Below are positions 55,223 to 64,000 of a DNA stretch of 64,000 nucleotides, one piece after another. The translations under genes and the position numbers were made by a program. Within the stretch, counting starts at the first letter, position 1; each line of letters starts with the position of its first letter. The notes under the pieces were generated by a model. That model was given only the letters and a program-made list of their open reading frames with translations, was not told the DNA's origin and did no database searches. This DNA comes from Alteromonas sp. (GTDB lineage: Bacteria; Margulisbacteria; Marinamargulisbacteria; UBA6595), in the NCBI GenBank assembly GCA_964220215.1, contig CAXPTH010000022.1, positions 194 to 64,193 on the forward strand, in the 5' to 3' direction.

Positions 55223-57045
55223 CTCAAGTACGTAATTAAAATGCTGAGGTCTGCCGGATTGATCCCCCCAATGCGTTTGGCGGCTTGGATTGTTGGGGGG
55301 CGATGGTCCATCAGCCGTTGACGGCATTCAGCACGCAGTCCGGGAATTTTCGTATAGTCTAGGGTGCTGGGCAGGGGTTTTTGTTCCCATTTTTGAATGC
55401 GGTCAATCTCCAGCTGCTGGCGGCGCAGATACCCGGCATATTTAATGGCCACATGGGCGCGTTTGCATTGGTCGTACTGGTCGTAGGTGTCTGGCTGGTG
55501 CTTCAGCGCCCCAAAGACAACGTCGATATCAAACTCGGGTCGTTTGCAGGCTTCATGCAGCGACAGGGTTGCGTCTAGACTCAGGCGGGCGGCAGCCGCG
55601 TCGGGTAGACGTTCTTTTTTCCAACGGTCTTGCAGGTTTTGAACGCATGCGTCCCAGTTTTGAACGGTTAGATGATCGCTTTCGGGCACTACACCCGCAT
55701 CATGCCCCAGGGTGCTGAGCCGGAAATGGGCGTTGTCCTGGCGCAATAGCAAGCGATACTCGGAACGTGAGGTGAGCATACGGTACGGTTCATGAATGGT
55801 TTTGGTAATTAAGTCATCAATTAGCGTGCCAATAAATGACTGGTCACGCGTGAGAATTAAGGGTTGTTTTCCCTGCACATAAAGCCCGGCATTAATACCG
55901 GCAATGATGCCTTGGCCGGCCGCCTCTTCGTATCCGGATGTGCCATTGAGCTGACCGGCAAAAAACAAATTGGGCATGGTTTGACTGGCTAAGGTGGGCG
56001 TAAGCTGGGTGGGAATCACGTAATCGTATTCCACGGCATAGCCATAACGCAGCACGGATACATTGGCAAGCCCTGGCATGGTTTTTAGAAACTCAAGCTG
56101 AATATCAGCGGGCATGGAGGTGTTCAGCCCCTGGGCATATATTTCCGGGGTGTCCCAGCTTTCGGGCTCCAGAAAAATATGATGGCTGGGTTTGTCGCTA
56201 AATCGTACAACTTTGTCTTCGATTGACGGGCAGTATCGGGGGCCTACGCCTTGGATGCTGTGGTTGTACATGGGTGAGCGGTCCAAATTGTCGAGCAACA
56301 GTGCATGGCCGTCGGGTGTGGTGTTGGATAAAAAACAATCGGCTTGCTGGGTATACCGAGTATTAAAGGGCGTCCGCAATGAAAATCGATGAAATTCTGG
56401 GTCTCCGGGTTGGGGGGCTAGGGCACTGGTGGTAATAGAGTCGCGGTGGAGCCGGGGCGGGGTGCCGGTTTTGAAGCGACCCAGACGCAACCCCAAGCGT
56501 CGAAAGGTGTCAGAGAGTCCTAGGGCGGCAGCTTCGCCGACGCGACCACCGTCTGTTTTAGCCTCGCCGGTATGCATGCAGGCAGACAAAAAGGTGCCCG
56601 TTGTGACCACAATGGCTGCGCCGCGGATGCGGGTGCCGTCCGCTAAAATAGCGGTGGTTTCATGCGTGTTGTGCTCAATGTCAACCACCATTCCGGTGAT
56701 GATTTCAATGCCTGGGGTTGCGTCAAGTGTGGTTTGCATATGGCGTTGATAGGCATATTTATCATTTTGGGATCGCACGCATTGCACGGCCGCACCTCGG
56801 GATCGATTCAGCAGTTTCATTTGCATAAATGTAGCATCGGCCGCGCGGCCCATTTCTCCACCCAAGGCATCCACTTCGCTCACAATTTGACTTTTGGCGG
56901 GCCCCCCGATGGCCGGGTTGCAGGGCATAACACCAATGGTATCGACACTTCCGGTAATCATCACGGTAGGCACGCCCATACGGGCACAGGCTAATGCGGC
57001 CTCGCATCCGGCGTGGCCACCCCCAATAACAAGGACACGGTTCAT
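55219..57045 (-). CDS. mnmG: tRNA uridine 5-carboxymethylaminomethyl modification enzyme MnmG (GidA)
   Basis: VIGGGHAGCEAA FAD motif; 608 aa; collinear with GidA throughout. Confidence 0.95.
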   Translation of the reverse strand: MNRVLVIGGGHAGCEAALACARMGVPTVMITGSVDTIGVMPCNPAIGGPAKSQIVSEVDALGGEMGRAADATFMQMKLLNRSRGAAVQCVRSQNDKYAYQRHMQTTLDATPGIEIITGMVVDIEHNTHETTAILADGTRIRGAAIVVTTGTFLSACMHTGEAKTDGGRVGEAAALGLSDTFRRLGLRLGRFKTGTPPRLHRDSITTSALAPQPGDPEFHRFSLRTPFNTRYTQQADCFLSNTTPDGHALLLDNLDRSPMYNHSIQGVGPRYCPSIEDKVVRFSDKPSHHIFLEPESWDTPEIYAQGLNTSMPADIQLEFLKTMPGLANVSVLRYGYAVEYDYVIPTQLTPTLASQTMPNLFFAGQLNGTSGYEEAAGQGIIAGINAGLYVQGKQPLILTRDQSFIGTLIDDLITKTIHEPYRMLTSRSEYRLLLRQDNAHFRLSTLGHDAGVVPESDHLTVQNWDACVQNLQDRWKKERLPDAAAARLSLDATLSLHEACKRPEFDIDVVFGALKHQPDTYDQYDQCKRAHVAIKYAGYLRRQQLEIDRIQKWEQKPLPSTLDYTKIPGLRAECRQRLMDHRPPTIQAAKRIGGINPADLSILITYLS

Positions 57046-57112
57046 ATACCCTATAGTATAAAATAAACCCCTAAATTTCGGAAGTCAGTGGCATGGCAAT
57101 AGCAAGAAAAAA

Positions 57113-58306
57113 ATGCTACTATTTCAACTAATCATGCAATTCTATCCGAGCATTCTATTGGCATTAGTTGCGGGCGTTGGCATGGGTATTTTAGTTCCGG
57201 ATTGGTATCCGATTATTGATCCATTGGGGGTATTGTTTATTCAAGCCTTGAAGCTGGTGATGGTGCCGCTGGTCTATGCCTCACTGGTCACTGGGGCGGT
57301 GCAGCTGTATCGGTCTGGGAATTTGGGCGGCTTGGGCTTGGGGAGTCTGGCTTATTTTTTAGTTTCTTCGACGGTGGCGAGTCTCCTGGGGCTGGGGGCT
57401 GTGTTGGTGGTTAAGCCGGGGCTTTGGGTTGCGGCAACCGTGAATGCGCCCCATGCAGCTGTTCCACCCGTTTTGCCTACGGTTACGGATTTGTTGCTTC
57501 GCATTGTGCCCAACAATCCGGTCCAAGCGATTGCCGAAGGGCAAATGCTGGCTATTATTTTTATGGGGCTGTTGTTTGGCTTGGCCATTGGTAATTTGGG
57601 GGAGCGGGGCAATGCGGTTTTGCACTTTGTGGACAGTTTACGGGCGATTATGACCTTGGTGACTCGGTGGGTTATTATGGTGTCGCCGTTGGGTATTTTT
57701 GCCCTGATTATGAAGATGACCGTGACGGTTGGCCTGGATACGATTGTGCCGTTGTTGGGGTATATGGGCGTCGTTGTTTCAGCGTTATTGGGGCATGCGT
57801 TTTTAATTTTGCCCTTCGTGTTGGTGTTTATTGCGCATCGGTCGCCCATAGCTTTGGCCCGTCAGCAGCTATCGGCGTTGGTGACGGCGTTTAGTACGGC
57901 CACCAGCAGTGGGGCGTTGCCCATTGTTTTAAAATCATTTAAAGATCCCAACGATCATCGCATTGCCAGCTTTGTAATGCCCATTGGCACCACCGTGAAT
58001 ATGAATGGAACGGCCTTGTACGTGGCGAGTACAGTTGCATTTTTGGCGCAATATTATGGGGTTGCGTTGGGGCCTGTGCAATACGGTATTTTGATTTCAC
58101 TCACGCTGTTGTCTGCGGTGAGTGCGGCGGCCATGCCCGGGTCGAGTTTGGTCACCATGAGTGTGGCTTTGGCCGCGTTGGGGATTCCGATGGAAGGTAT
58201 TGGTATGATTGTGGCGGTGGATCTTTTGTTGGACATGAGCCGAACGGCGGTGAATGTGTGGGGTAACGCCGTTGCGACGCTGGTGATGGCCCGATTGGCT
58301 GACTGA
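57113..58306 (+). CDS. Dicarboxylate/amino acid:cation symporter (DAACS) family transporter
   Basis: 397 aa, polytopic; SSGALP and NMNGTALY hairpin-type motifs typical of GltP/GltT-like carriers. Confidence 0.8.
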   Translation: MLLFQLIMQFYPSILLALVAGVGMGILVPDWYPIIDPLGVLFIQALKLVMVPLVYASLVTGAVQLYRSGNLGGLGLGSLAYFLVSSTVASLLGLGAVLVVKPGLWVAATVNAPHAAVPPVLPTVTDLLLRIVPNNPVQAIAEGQMLAIIFMGLLFGLAIGNLGERGNAVLHFVDSLRAIMTLVTRWVIMVSPLGIFALIMKMTVTVGLDTIVPLLGYMGVVVSALLGHAFLILPFVLVFIAHRSPIALARQQLSALVTAFSTATSSGALPIVLKSFKDPNDHRIASFVMPIGTTVNMNGTALYVASTVAFLAQYYGVALGPVQYGILISLTLLSAVSAAAMPGSSLVTMSVALAALGIPMEGIGMIVAVDLLLDMSRTAVNVWGNAVATLVMARLAD

Positions 58307-58333
58307 GCATTTGGTGCTAAACTATAAGATCAT

Positions 58334-58420
58334 GCCGTGGTGGTGGAATTGGTAGACACGCTAGCTTGAGGGGCTAGTGCTCATTTGGGCGTGCAGGTTC
58401 AAGTCCTGTCCTCGGCACCA
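58334..58420 (+). tRNA. tRNA-Leu (anticodon GAG), type II, CCA encoded
   Basis: GCCGTGG acceptor; GGAATTGGTAGAC D-loop; anticodon stem-loop CTAGC-TTGAGGG-GCTAG; long variable arm; GGTTCAAGTCC T-loop; ends GGCACCA. Confidence 0.9.
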
Positions 58421-58452
58421 ACGTATTTCTAAAACAAGAGGGGGTACCAATC

Positions 58453-58483
58453 AAAACAGCGGGCCATGAACCCGCTTGTTTTA
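58453..58483 (+). terminator. Rho-independent terminator after tRNA-Leu(GAG)
   Basis: aaacaGCGGGccatgaaCCCGCttgtttt: GC-rich stem followed by a T tract. Confidence 0.6.
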
Positions 58484-58639
58484 TACAACCTCCCCCCGGA
58501 CTTTGTATGGCTCAACACATGCATTCGGGGCACAAACATCGGACTGATTCCGGGGGCCGCACAAATGCGATTGAGTTACAATCGAGAAATGCCCAAGGGA
58601 ATTAATTTTTAAACATATTTGTTTGTTAGACAATGTTTT

Positions 58640-58729
58640 TGGTACCGAGGGCCGGACTTGAACCGGCACGAGCGTTGAAGGCTCAATGGATTTTAAGTCC
58701 ATCGTGTCTACCAATTCCACCACCCCGGC
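58640..58729 (-). tRNA. tRNA-Leu (anticodon UAA), type II, CCA encoded
   Basis: Reverse complement GCCGGGGTGGTGGAATTGGTAGACACG-ATGGA-CTTAAAA-TCCAT-...GGTTCAAGTCCGGCCCTCGGTACCA. Confidence 0.9.
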
Positions 58730-58787
58730 ACGAGACGATAGAGTTTAGCCATTATACTATGTATGGTTCTATTGGTACAATAAGTCT

Positions 58788-59303
58788 ATGAATCAGTCGA
58801 TCACGACAGCGTTTGATCAGGCACCGCAGGACGATCGGGCACCTGTTCCCGTTACGATTGTGTTGGTGGACCCTCAAATACCCCCCAATACGGGCAATAT
58901 TGCTCGGTTGTGTGGGGCCAATGGGATTCCCTTGCATTTGGTTGGCGAGTTGGGGTTTTCATTATCCGATAAGCAGTTGAAACGGGCGGGGCTGGATTAT
59001 TGGGCATCGGTCCAGTGGTCGGTATTTCCGGATAAAGCGGCGTATTTGGCCCAATTGCCCATGGCGAAGAGTCATTTTTTTTCTACGCAAACGACGGTGT
59101 CGTATTTTGATCATACCTATCATCCGGGGGATTATTTGGTGTTTGGCAGCGAAACGGCGGGGTTGGGCCGAGCGTTTGTCCGATCGGTGGGGGATCGGGC
59201 GTGTTGCATTCCAATGGTCAATCCTTCTGTACGCAGTCTTAACCTGGCGACATCCGTCGGTATTGGTGTCTATGAAGCATTTAGACAAATTCGGTATACT
59301 TAA
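58788..59303 (+). CDS. trmL: tRNA (cytidine34/uridine34-2'-O)-methyltransferase TrmL (SpoU family)
   Basis: VLVDPQIPPNTGNIARLCGA; FGSETAGL; NLATSVGIGVYE. Confidence 0.88.
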   Translation: MNQSITTAFDQAPQDDRAPVPVTIVLVDPQIPPNTGNIARLCGANGIPLHLVGELGFSLSDKQLKRAGLDYWASVQWSVFPDKAAYLAQLPMAKSHFFSTQTTVSYFDHTYHPGDYLVFGSETAGLGRAFVRSVGDRACCIPMVNPSVRSLNLATSVGIGVYEAFRQIRYT

Positions 59304-59308
59304 GACAT

Positions 59309-60010
59309 ATGCGAATTGATCGGCAAATTCAAGCGCGCTTTGCATCGTGTGTGGGGGAGCGCCCCCATACCCATGAGAATCGTGTGGATGCCGCAGACAG
59401 CTTGCGGGGGTTGGATCAGTTTTTTCGGGCATCGGGGATTCCGTACTATTTGGTATTTGGCACGCTGTTGTCCTGCATTCGAGAACAGGCCTTGTTTCAC
59501 TACGATCACGATATTGATATTGCCATTCATGCCCAGGATTTGGACCGATTTCGGGCGGCACTGCCCCAGTGTCGGGCTCAGGGGTTTTATGTGAATGAGC
59601 TGGGGTATTCGGTGATTAAGTTGCGCAGTTTGCCGGCGGATTCTCATATTGATATTTGGATCATTGAGCCAGCGGCGTGGTACTGGAACGCCACGTGGCG
59701 GTTGGATCATGCGCTGTTTAAGCCCAACTACTTTTCGGGGCATCAGACGCGGCCCTGCTATGACTTTCACCCTCAGGTTCCCGATCAACCGGAACGCTTG
59801 TTGCAGGCGTGGTATGGCCCGCAGTGGGGGGTTAAGCAAACCGATGCGTTTGCGTTGTATCGGCCAGTGCTATCGCGAATTTTTGCCTACCCGTTTATGA
59901 CGGCAATTGTGCCATTTCGATTTTCGCATGACCCGCGCAGTTGTCGGTGGCGACCGTGGGTCCAACGGCTGAATGGGGGGCGTGTGCGGGTTGCCTCGGA
60001 TTCTGAGTAA
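59309..60010 (+). CDS. LicD-family (phosphocholine/phosphoalcohol transferase-like) protein
   Basis: IPYYLVFGTLLSCIRE...YDHDIDIAI matches the LicD signature G-T-L-L-G-x-x-R...D-D-D-x-D as I recall it. Confidence 0.65.
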   Translation: MRIDRQIQARFASCVGERPHTHENRVDAADSLRGLDQFFRASGIPYYLVFGTLLSCIREQALFHYDHDIDIAIHAQDLDRFRAALPQCRAQGFYVNELGYSVIKLRSLPADSHIDIWIIEPAAWYWNATWRLDHALFKPNYFSGHQTRPCYDFHPQVPDQPERLLQAWYGPQWGVKQTDAFALYRPVLSRIFAYPFMTAIVPFRFSHDPRSCRWRPWVQRLNGGRVRVASDSE

Positions 60011-60056
60011 CGGCACATTGTCTAGGTAGCGGGGTTCACGGTATACTAAATAGCCT

Positions 60057-60845
60057 ATGATGGCAACAACACACACACGACTGGATTTTTTACACACTGT
60101 GGTTGAGGAGACGAATGATCGATTGTTGCATTATTTTAATACGCGGTCGTTTTCGGTCTCTCAAAAAGCCAACACCTCGCCAGTGACCCAAGCAGACGTT
60201 GAAATAGAAACCATGATTCGCAAGGTTGCTAGTGAGCAATTTTCAAATTTAACCATTGTGGGGGAAGAATGCGGGTCAGAAGCCCCTTCAGAGCCACAAA
60301 AATCGGGCCTCCGGCTGATTATTGACCCGATTGATGCCACGGCCAACTTTATTCGCGGGGTTCCCATATTTGGCACGTTATTGGCCTTTGAAGAAAACGG
60401 GGTTATGACCGATGGGCTAATTTCGGCTCCGGCGATAGGTGCTACGTGGTGGGCGTCTCGGGGGGCTGGGGCATTTTACAATGGCCAGCGGATGCAGGTA
60501 TCGGCGATTGATTCGGTCTCAGAAGCGTGTGTGTTTCATGGGGCGTTGTATGGGTATGAGGCACAGGGGTTGCCGGTGGGCTTTCAGGCGTTTTTGGCCA
60601 AGACCAAGCGACAGCGGGGCTTTGGGGATTTTTATGCGCCCATGTTGGTGGCGATGGGGGCGGGTGAATGTTGTGTGGATGCCAATTTGCAGTGTTGGGA
60701 TATGGCACCCATACAAGTAATTTTAGAAGAAGCGGGCGGGCGGTTTTCAGATTTTTCGGGCAATGCCAGTGTGTATAGTCACCACATGGTCTGTTCCAAT
60801 GGGCAGCTGCATGAGGCGTGTTTAGCGAGTTTGCGCAATGGCTAA
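60057..60845 (+). CDS. Inositol monophosphatase family protein (IMPase or HisN-type)
   Basis: VGEE; IIDPIDATANF; CWDMAP. Confidence 0.85.
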   Translation: MMATTHTRLDFLHTVVEETNDRLLHYFNTRSFSVSQKANTSPVTQADVEIETMIRKVASEQFSNLTIVGEECGSEAPSEPQKSGLRLIIDPIDATANFIRGVPIFGTLLAFEENGVMTDGLISAPAIGATWWASRGAGAFYNGQRMQVSAIDSVSEACVFHGALYGYEAQGLPVGFQAFLAKTKRQRGFGDFYAPMLVAMGAGECCVDANLQCWDMAPIQVILEEAGGRFSDFSGNASVYSHHMVCSNGQLHEACLASLRNG

Positions 60846-61932
60846 TCTGTCGTTGGGGATTGTGGGGTTGCCCAATGTGGGGAAATCAACCTTGTTTAAT
60901 GCCTTAACGAAAGCCGGTGTGGATGCGGCCAATTATCCCTTTTGTACCATTGATCCGAATACCGGTGTGGTGCCGTTACATGATGCGCGTTTGCATCAAT
61001 TGGCGGCCTTATCGGGCAGCAAAAAAACCATAGCGGCAACGGTTGCGTTCACTGACATTGCGGGGTTGGTGAAAGGGGCATCCAAAGGCGAAGGCCTGGG
61101 CAATGCTTTTTTGACCAATATTCGGGATACGCAAGCGATTGTCCATATGGTTCGGTGTTTTGAAGACGATGATATTGCCCATGTGCATGGGCGGGTGGAT
61201 CCGGTTGCGGATGTTGAGATTATTGAAACGGAGTTGTTGTTGGCGGATTTGGATACGGTTCAGCAGGCCATTGAAAAGCAGATGAAGAAGCAAAAGTCTG
61301 GCAAAGCGGAAGATAAAGCTCGGTTGGCGGCCCTCCAGGCGATTGAAGCCCCCCTCAGTGCGATGACTCCCTTGCGGCATGTATTGGATACGGTGGATGC
61401 AACAGTGATTCATACCTATGGGTTTTTAACGGCGAAACGGATGATTTATGTGGCCAATGTGGGCGAGCCCGATGTGGTGCATGGCAATGTGCATCAGCAG
61501 CAGCTCATTGCGCATGCGGAAAAAACAGGGGATCGGGTGGTGACGTTGTGTGCGGGACTGGAAAGTGAGGCGGCTGCGTTGGACTGGGCAGATCAGCAGG
61601 ATTATTTGGCGGAGTTTGGGCTTCAGCAATCGGGGTTGATGCAATTGGCCCATGTGGGGTTTGAGTTGTTGGGGCTTCAAACGTATTTAACCACAGGGCC
61701 TGAAGAAAGTCGGGCGTGGGTGATTCCGGTGGGGTGTTTGGCGCCACAGGCGGCTGGGGTGATTCATACGGATTTTGAAAAAGGGTTTATCCGGGCCAAT
61801 GTGATTCAATATTCGGCGTTACTCGAGGCGGGTTCGCTAAAAAATGCCAAAGCCTTGGGTGTGTTGCGACAAGAGGGTAAAGAGTATGTCATGCAAGATG
61901 GGGATGTGGTTGAGTTTTTATTCAATGTTTAG
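60838..61932 (+). CDS. ychF: Ribosome-binding ATPase YchF
   Basis: GIVGLPNVGKSTLFNALT; DIAGLVKGAS; C-terminal TGS-like DGDVVEFLFNV. Confidence 0.95.
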   Translation: MANLSLGIVGLPNVGKSTLFNALTKAGVDAANYPFCTIDPNTGVVPLHDARLHQLAALSGSKKTIAATVAFTDIAGLVKGASKGEGLGNAFLTNIRDTQAIVHMVRCFEDDDIAHVHGRVDPVADVEIIETELLLADLDTVQQAIEKQMKKQKSGKAEDKARLAALQAIEAPLSAMTPLRHVLDTVDATVIHTYGFLTAKRMIYVANVGEPDVVHGNVHQQQLIAHAEKTGDRVVTLCAGLESEAAALDWADQQDYLAEFGLQQSGLMQLAHVGFELLGLQTYLTTGPEESRAWVIPVGCLAPQAAGVIHTDFEKGFIRANVIQYSALLEAGSLKNAKALGVLRQEGKEYVMQDGDVVEFLFNV

Positions 61933-61938
61933 ACGACC

Positions 61939-62667
61939 ATGAAACCGTGGTTGGCCTGGCTGGGTGTGGGGTGGTTGGTTGGGATAGCGCAGTTAATTCC
62001 GGGTGTGAGTGGTAGCACGGTTGCGGTGGTGTTTAATCGCTATCAGCCCTTGATTCAAGCGGTGAATGCGGTGGTTGCGGCACCGTTTCGGTTTCGATTG
62101 TCCCATGGGGTTGTGGGCGTAACGGTTCTGGGTGCGGGTGCGAGTTTGGTTATCAATGCGGGGGTTATGGCGTGGTTGTTGGATCAGTACTCAGTGGGGG
62201 TATATGGGGTGTTTTTAGTGTTGATTTTGGGTAGCGTTCCGATTTTGTATCGAACATGGGCCGGGTATCGGTTGCCCCACTTGGTGGGTAGCGCGGTGTG
62301 CGGGATCCTGTTGGGGTGGTTGATGACGGTGGTGTGCCCGCCCAGTTCGGGTGTTTCAACTCAATTATCGGTGGTGGATGGGGTTTTATCTGGGTTTGTG
62401 GCTATGGGCATGATGGTTGTTCCGGGGATTAGTGGGTCCATGATGTTGGTGTTTATGGGTACGTACGATGCGATTATTGTATCGGTTGCTCAATTGGATA
62501 TGCGGGCCTTGATGGGCGTGAGTGTTGGGGCTGTTTTGGGTGGCTTGGTCATGGTCAAGGTTATGGATGGGGTTTTAAACCGGTTTCCATTGGCGGCGTA
62601 TTGCGTGATTATGAGCTTGGTGTTGGCGTCAGTGCCCGTGCTTTTGGGGTATATTATTGCACCGTAG
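61939..62667 (+). CDS. DUF368-family membrane protein
   Basis: Duplicated IPGVSGST / VPGISGSMML motifs in a polytopic 242-aa protein. Confidence 0.75.
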   Translation: MKPWLAWLGVGWLVGIAQLIPGVSGSTVAVVFNRYQPLIQAVNAVVAAPFRFRLSHGVVGVTVLGAGASLVINAGVMAWLLDQYSVGVYGVFLVLILGSVPILYRTWAGYRLPHLVGSAVCGILLGWLMTVVCPPSSGVSTQLSVVDGVLSGFVAMGMMVVPGISGSMMLVFMGTYDAIIVSVAQLDMRALMGVSVGAVLGGLVMVKVMDGVLNRFPLAAYCVIMSLVLASVPVLLGYIIAP

Positions 62668-62686
62668 TGGATAATACTATATAAGA

Positions 62687-63673
62687 CTAACCCCTAGTTT
62701 GGGAAGATCGCTGAATAAACGCATCCAGATCCTCGGGGGTATTGGCGTGCGGGTTGTGGGCGACGTAGTCCATGAGATGTGTTTGGATTTTAGCAAGTGC
62801 TTGTCTAGAAAATCCTCGGGTCATAAGGTCTTGGCTGGATAGAGCCAGATCGGCCGGTGTCATGTGGCAGCGTGCCCAGTGGAAGTCATGCGCAATCACA
62901 TGGCGGATCCACCGCTTGGTTTTTTTGGGCAGAGTCAGCCAATCCCACTGGGGCTCTGGAATGGTTCGTAAGACCCACGCCCATTTGAATTCAGTTGGCT
63001 GATTGGCCAACGCCGACCAGTCGGGCCAGGTGTGGGGATCACCTTGGGGATAAAATAGGCGAGACAACCACCCATGCTGGGCCATGATCGCCAAGGCCGT
63101 GGGGGCATGCGGGCCATGAATCAGGCTGGTTAGTTCATGCGTTATGCGTTCGGAAGATGGCAAGGGATACGGCGTTTCGAATCCCGCATCGCTCGCTAAG
63201 CGAAACCCCAACTGGGCAACAAAGCGATACGCACGGAAAACACGCAAACTGTCTTCAGAAAACCGCTGATGCGCATCGCCAACCGTGCGTAAAATGCCCG
63301 CATGCAGGTCATCCAAACCCCGAAATGGGTCCAGCAGTGTGTGGGTTAATGGGTCCCAGGCCATGGCATTCACGGTAAAGTCACGGCGTTGCAAATCCAA
63401 TTCAATGGAATCGGTGAATGTTACAGTGTCAGGGTGTCGGTGATCGCTGTATCCCGTTTCGGTGCGCAATCGTGCAATATCAATGCGGTGCCCATCGGTT
63501 AAAATGGCAATGGTGCCAAAGCGTCGGCCCAATTCACGGGTATCAAATAGCGTTCGAATAACAGATAATGGGGCAGCCGTTGCGAGGTCATAATCCGGCG
63601 GTTTGGAGCGGTTGAGCAATTGGTCTCGAATGACACCACCAACTAGATATGTAGCATACCCCGCATCCGCCAA
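62687..63673 (-). CDS. tRNA nucleotidyltransferase / poly(A) polymerase family protein (head domain, no HD domain)
   Basis: YLVGGVIRDQLL...PPDYDLAT (GG-x-VRD and DxD motifs); RRDFTVNAM. Apparent TTG start; 328 aa. Confidence 0.8.
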   Translation of the reverse strand: MADAGYATYLVGGVIRDQLLNRSKPPDYDLATAAPLSVIRTLFDTRELGRRFGTIAILTDGHRIDIARLRTETGYSDHRHPDTVTFTDSIELDLQRRDFTVNAMAWDPLTHTLLDPFRGLDDLHAGILRTVGDAHQRFSEDSLRVFRAYRFVAQLGFRLASDAGFETPYPLPSSERITHELTSLIHGPHAPTALAIMAQHGWLSRLFYPQGDPHTWPDWSALANQPTEFKWAWVLRTIPEPQWDWLTLPKKTKRWIRHVIAHDFHWARCHMTPADLALSSQDLMTRGFSRQALAKIQTHLMDYVAHNPHANTPEDLDAFIQRSSQTRG

Positions 63674-63714
63674 TCGCTGGCAAATGGAAACAATACGATC
63701 TGGAACAGAAATGC

Positions 63715-64000
63715 TTACAGTAATGTTTGCCCTTTTTGTTTGTTTTTGCGTTCCAGTTGGTCATGCAATTCAAAGCTAAACGAATCCAGCACGGTATCGG
63801 GTAAGGTGTTAATCTCGCGAACCAACTCGACAGCGGCTTGCATAAAACTGGTATCGTGGCTGTTTAGTGTATCGGTATTCAGTGTTTTAATGTTGGCGAT
63901 AATGGCACGTGTCGTTTCACTGGGAACATTGTGCTGCTCTAAAAACGACTGAGTGAATGCCAAGGTAACGGCCTGTTCGGATTCCGGAGCCTTGGATTCT
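63715..64000 (-). CDS. Hypothetical protein, 5' end probably outside the window
   Basis: The frame stays open upstream of the track start (TTG 63963) to the window edge. No motif recognised. Confidence 0.35.
   Translation of the reverse strand, partial: ESKAPESEQAVTLAFTQSFLEQHNVPSETTRAIIANIKTLNTDTLNSHDTSFMQAAVELVREINTLPDTVLDSFSFELHDQLERKNKQKGQTLL

Noticed and set aside
58481-58723. 80-aa minus-strand ORF
   Set aside because: It overlaps tRNA-Leu(UAA) and the structured spacer, and its N-terminus is simply the translated tRNA sequence.
58962-59839. Two minus-strand ORFs of 199 and 179 aa
   Set aside because: They are antisense to trmL and the LicD-family gene. They are Arg/Pro-rich with no motifs.

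Overview
Dense chromosomal window from an unidentified, probably diderm bacterium. Supporting cues are an OMP with a C-terminal beta-signal, lipobox lipoproteins and a complete Na+-NQR operon. By spot counts of 60-nt lines the backbone is roughly 50-60% GC. Many neighbouring genes overlap by 4 nt (ATGA). Housekeeping content: ftsK, lepB, ktrBA, purL, recG, rsmD, coaD, rph, an LCP protein, yqeK, rnhB, yraN, rlmN, nqrABCDEF-apbE, cvpA, purE, trpBA, infC-rpmI-rplT, mnmG, two tRNA-Leu, trmL, ychF and a CCA/poly(A) polymerase-family enzyme. Several clearly lower-GC patches sit on this backbone. (1) 1..3412: a secreted Sel1-repeat protein, then an RRM RNA-binding gene broken in two by a 2.5-kb, roughly 25-30% GC cassette. 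The cassette is bounded by modular terminal inverted repeats. It carries Mrr plus an uncharacterised PD-(D/E)xK-type protein, a candidate mobile defence module. (2) 27750..28526: a tandem SET-domain protein. (3) 41441..55222: a 4593-aa ORF that looks chimeric in composition. It has a GC-rich head with a transglutaminase-like Cys-His-Asp core, then a 12-kb low-GC body. The body holds a C10 homopolymer and C-terminal hydrophobic segments, and a GC-rich proline tail shares its stop codon with convergent mnmG. Other items: a five-ORF envelope cluster (OMP plus lipoproteins) with one gene split at a T6 run; a ThiS-like protein extended past its GG; a stand-alone JAMM protease; and an apparent ATA start for infC. 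No CRISPR array, rRNA, transposase, integrase or reverse transcriptase was seen. All family calls rest on motifs read by eye, not on searches.
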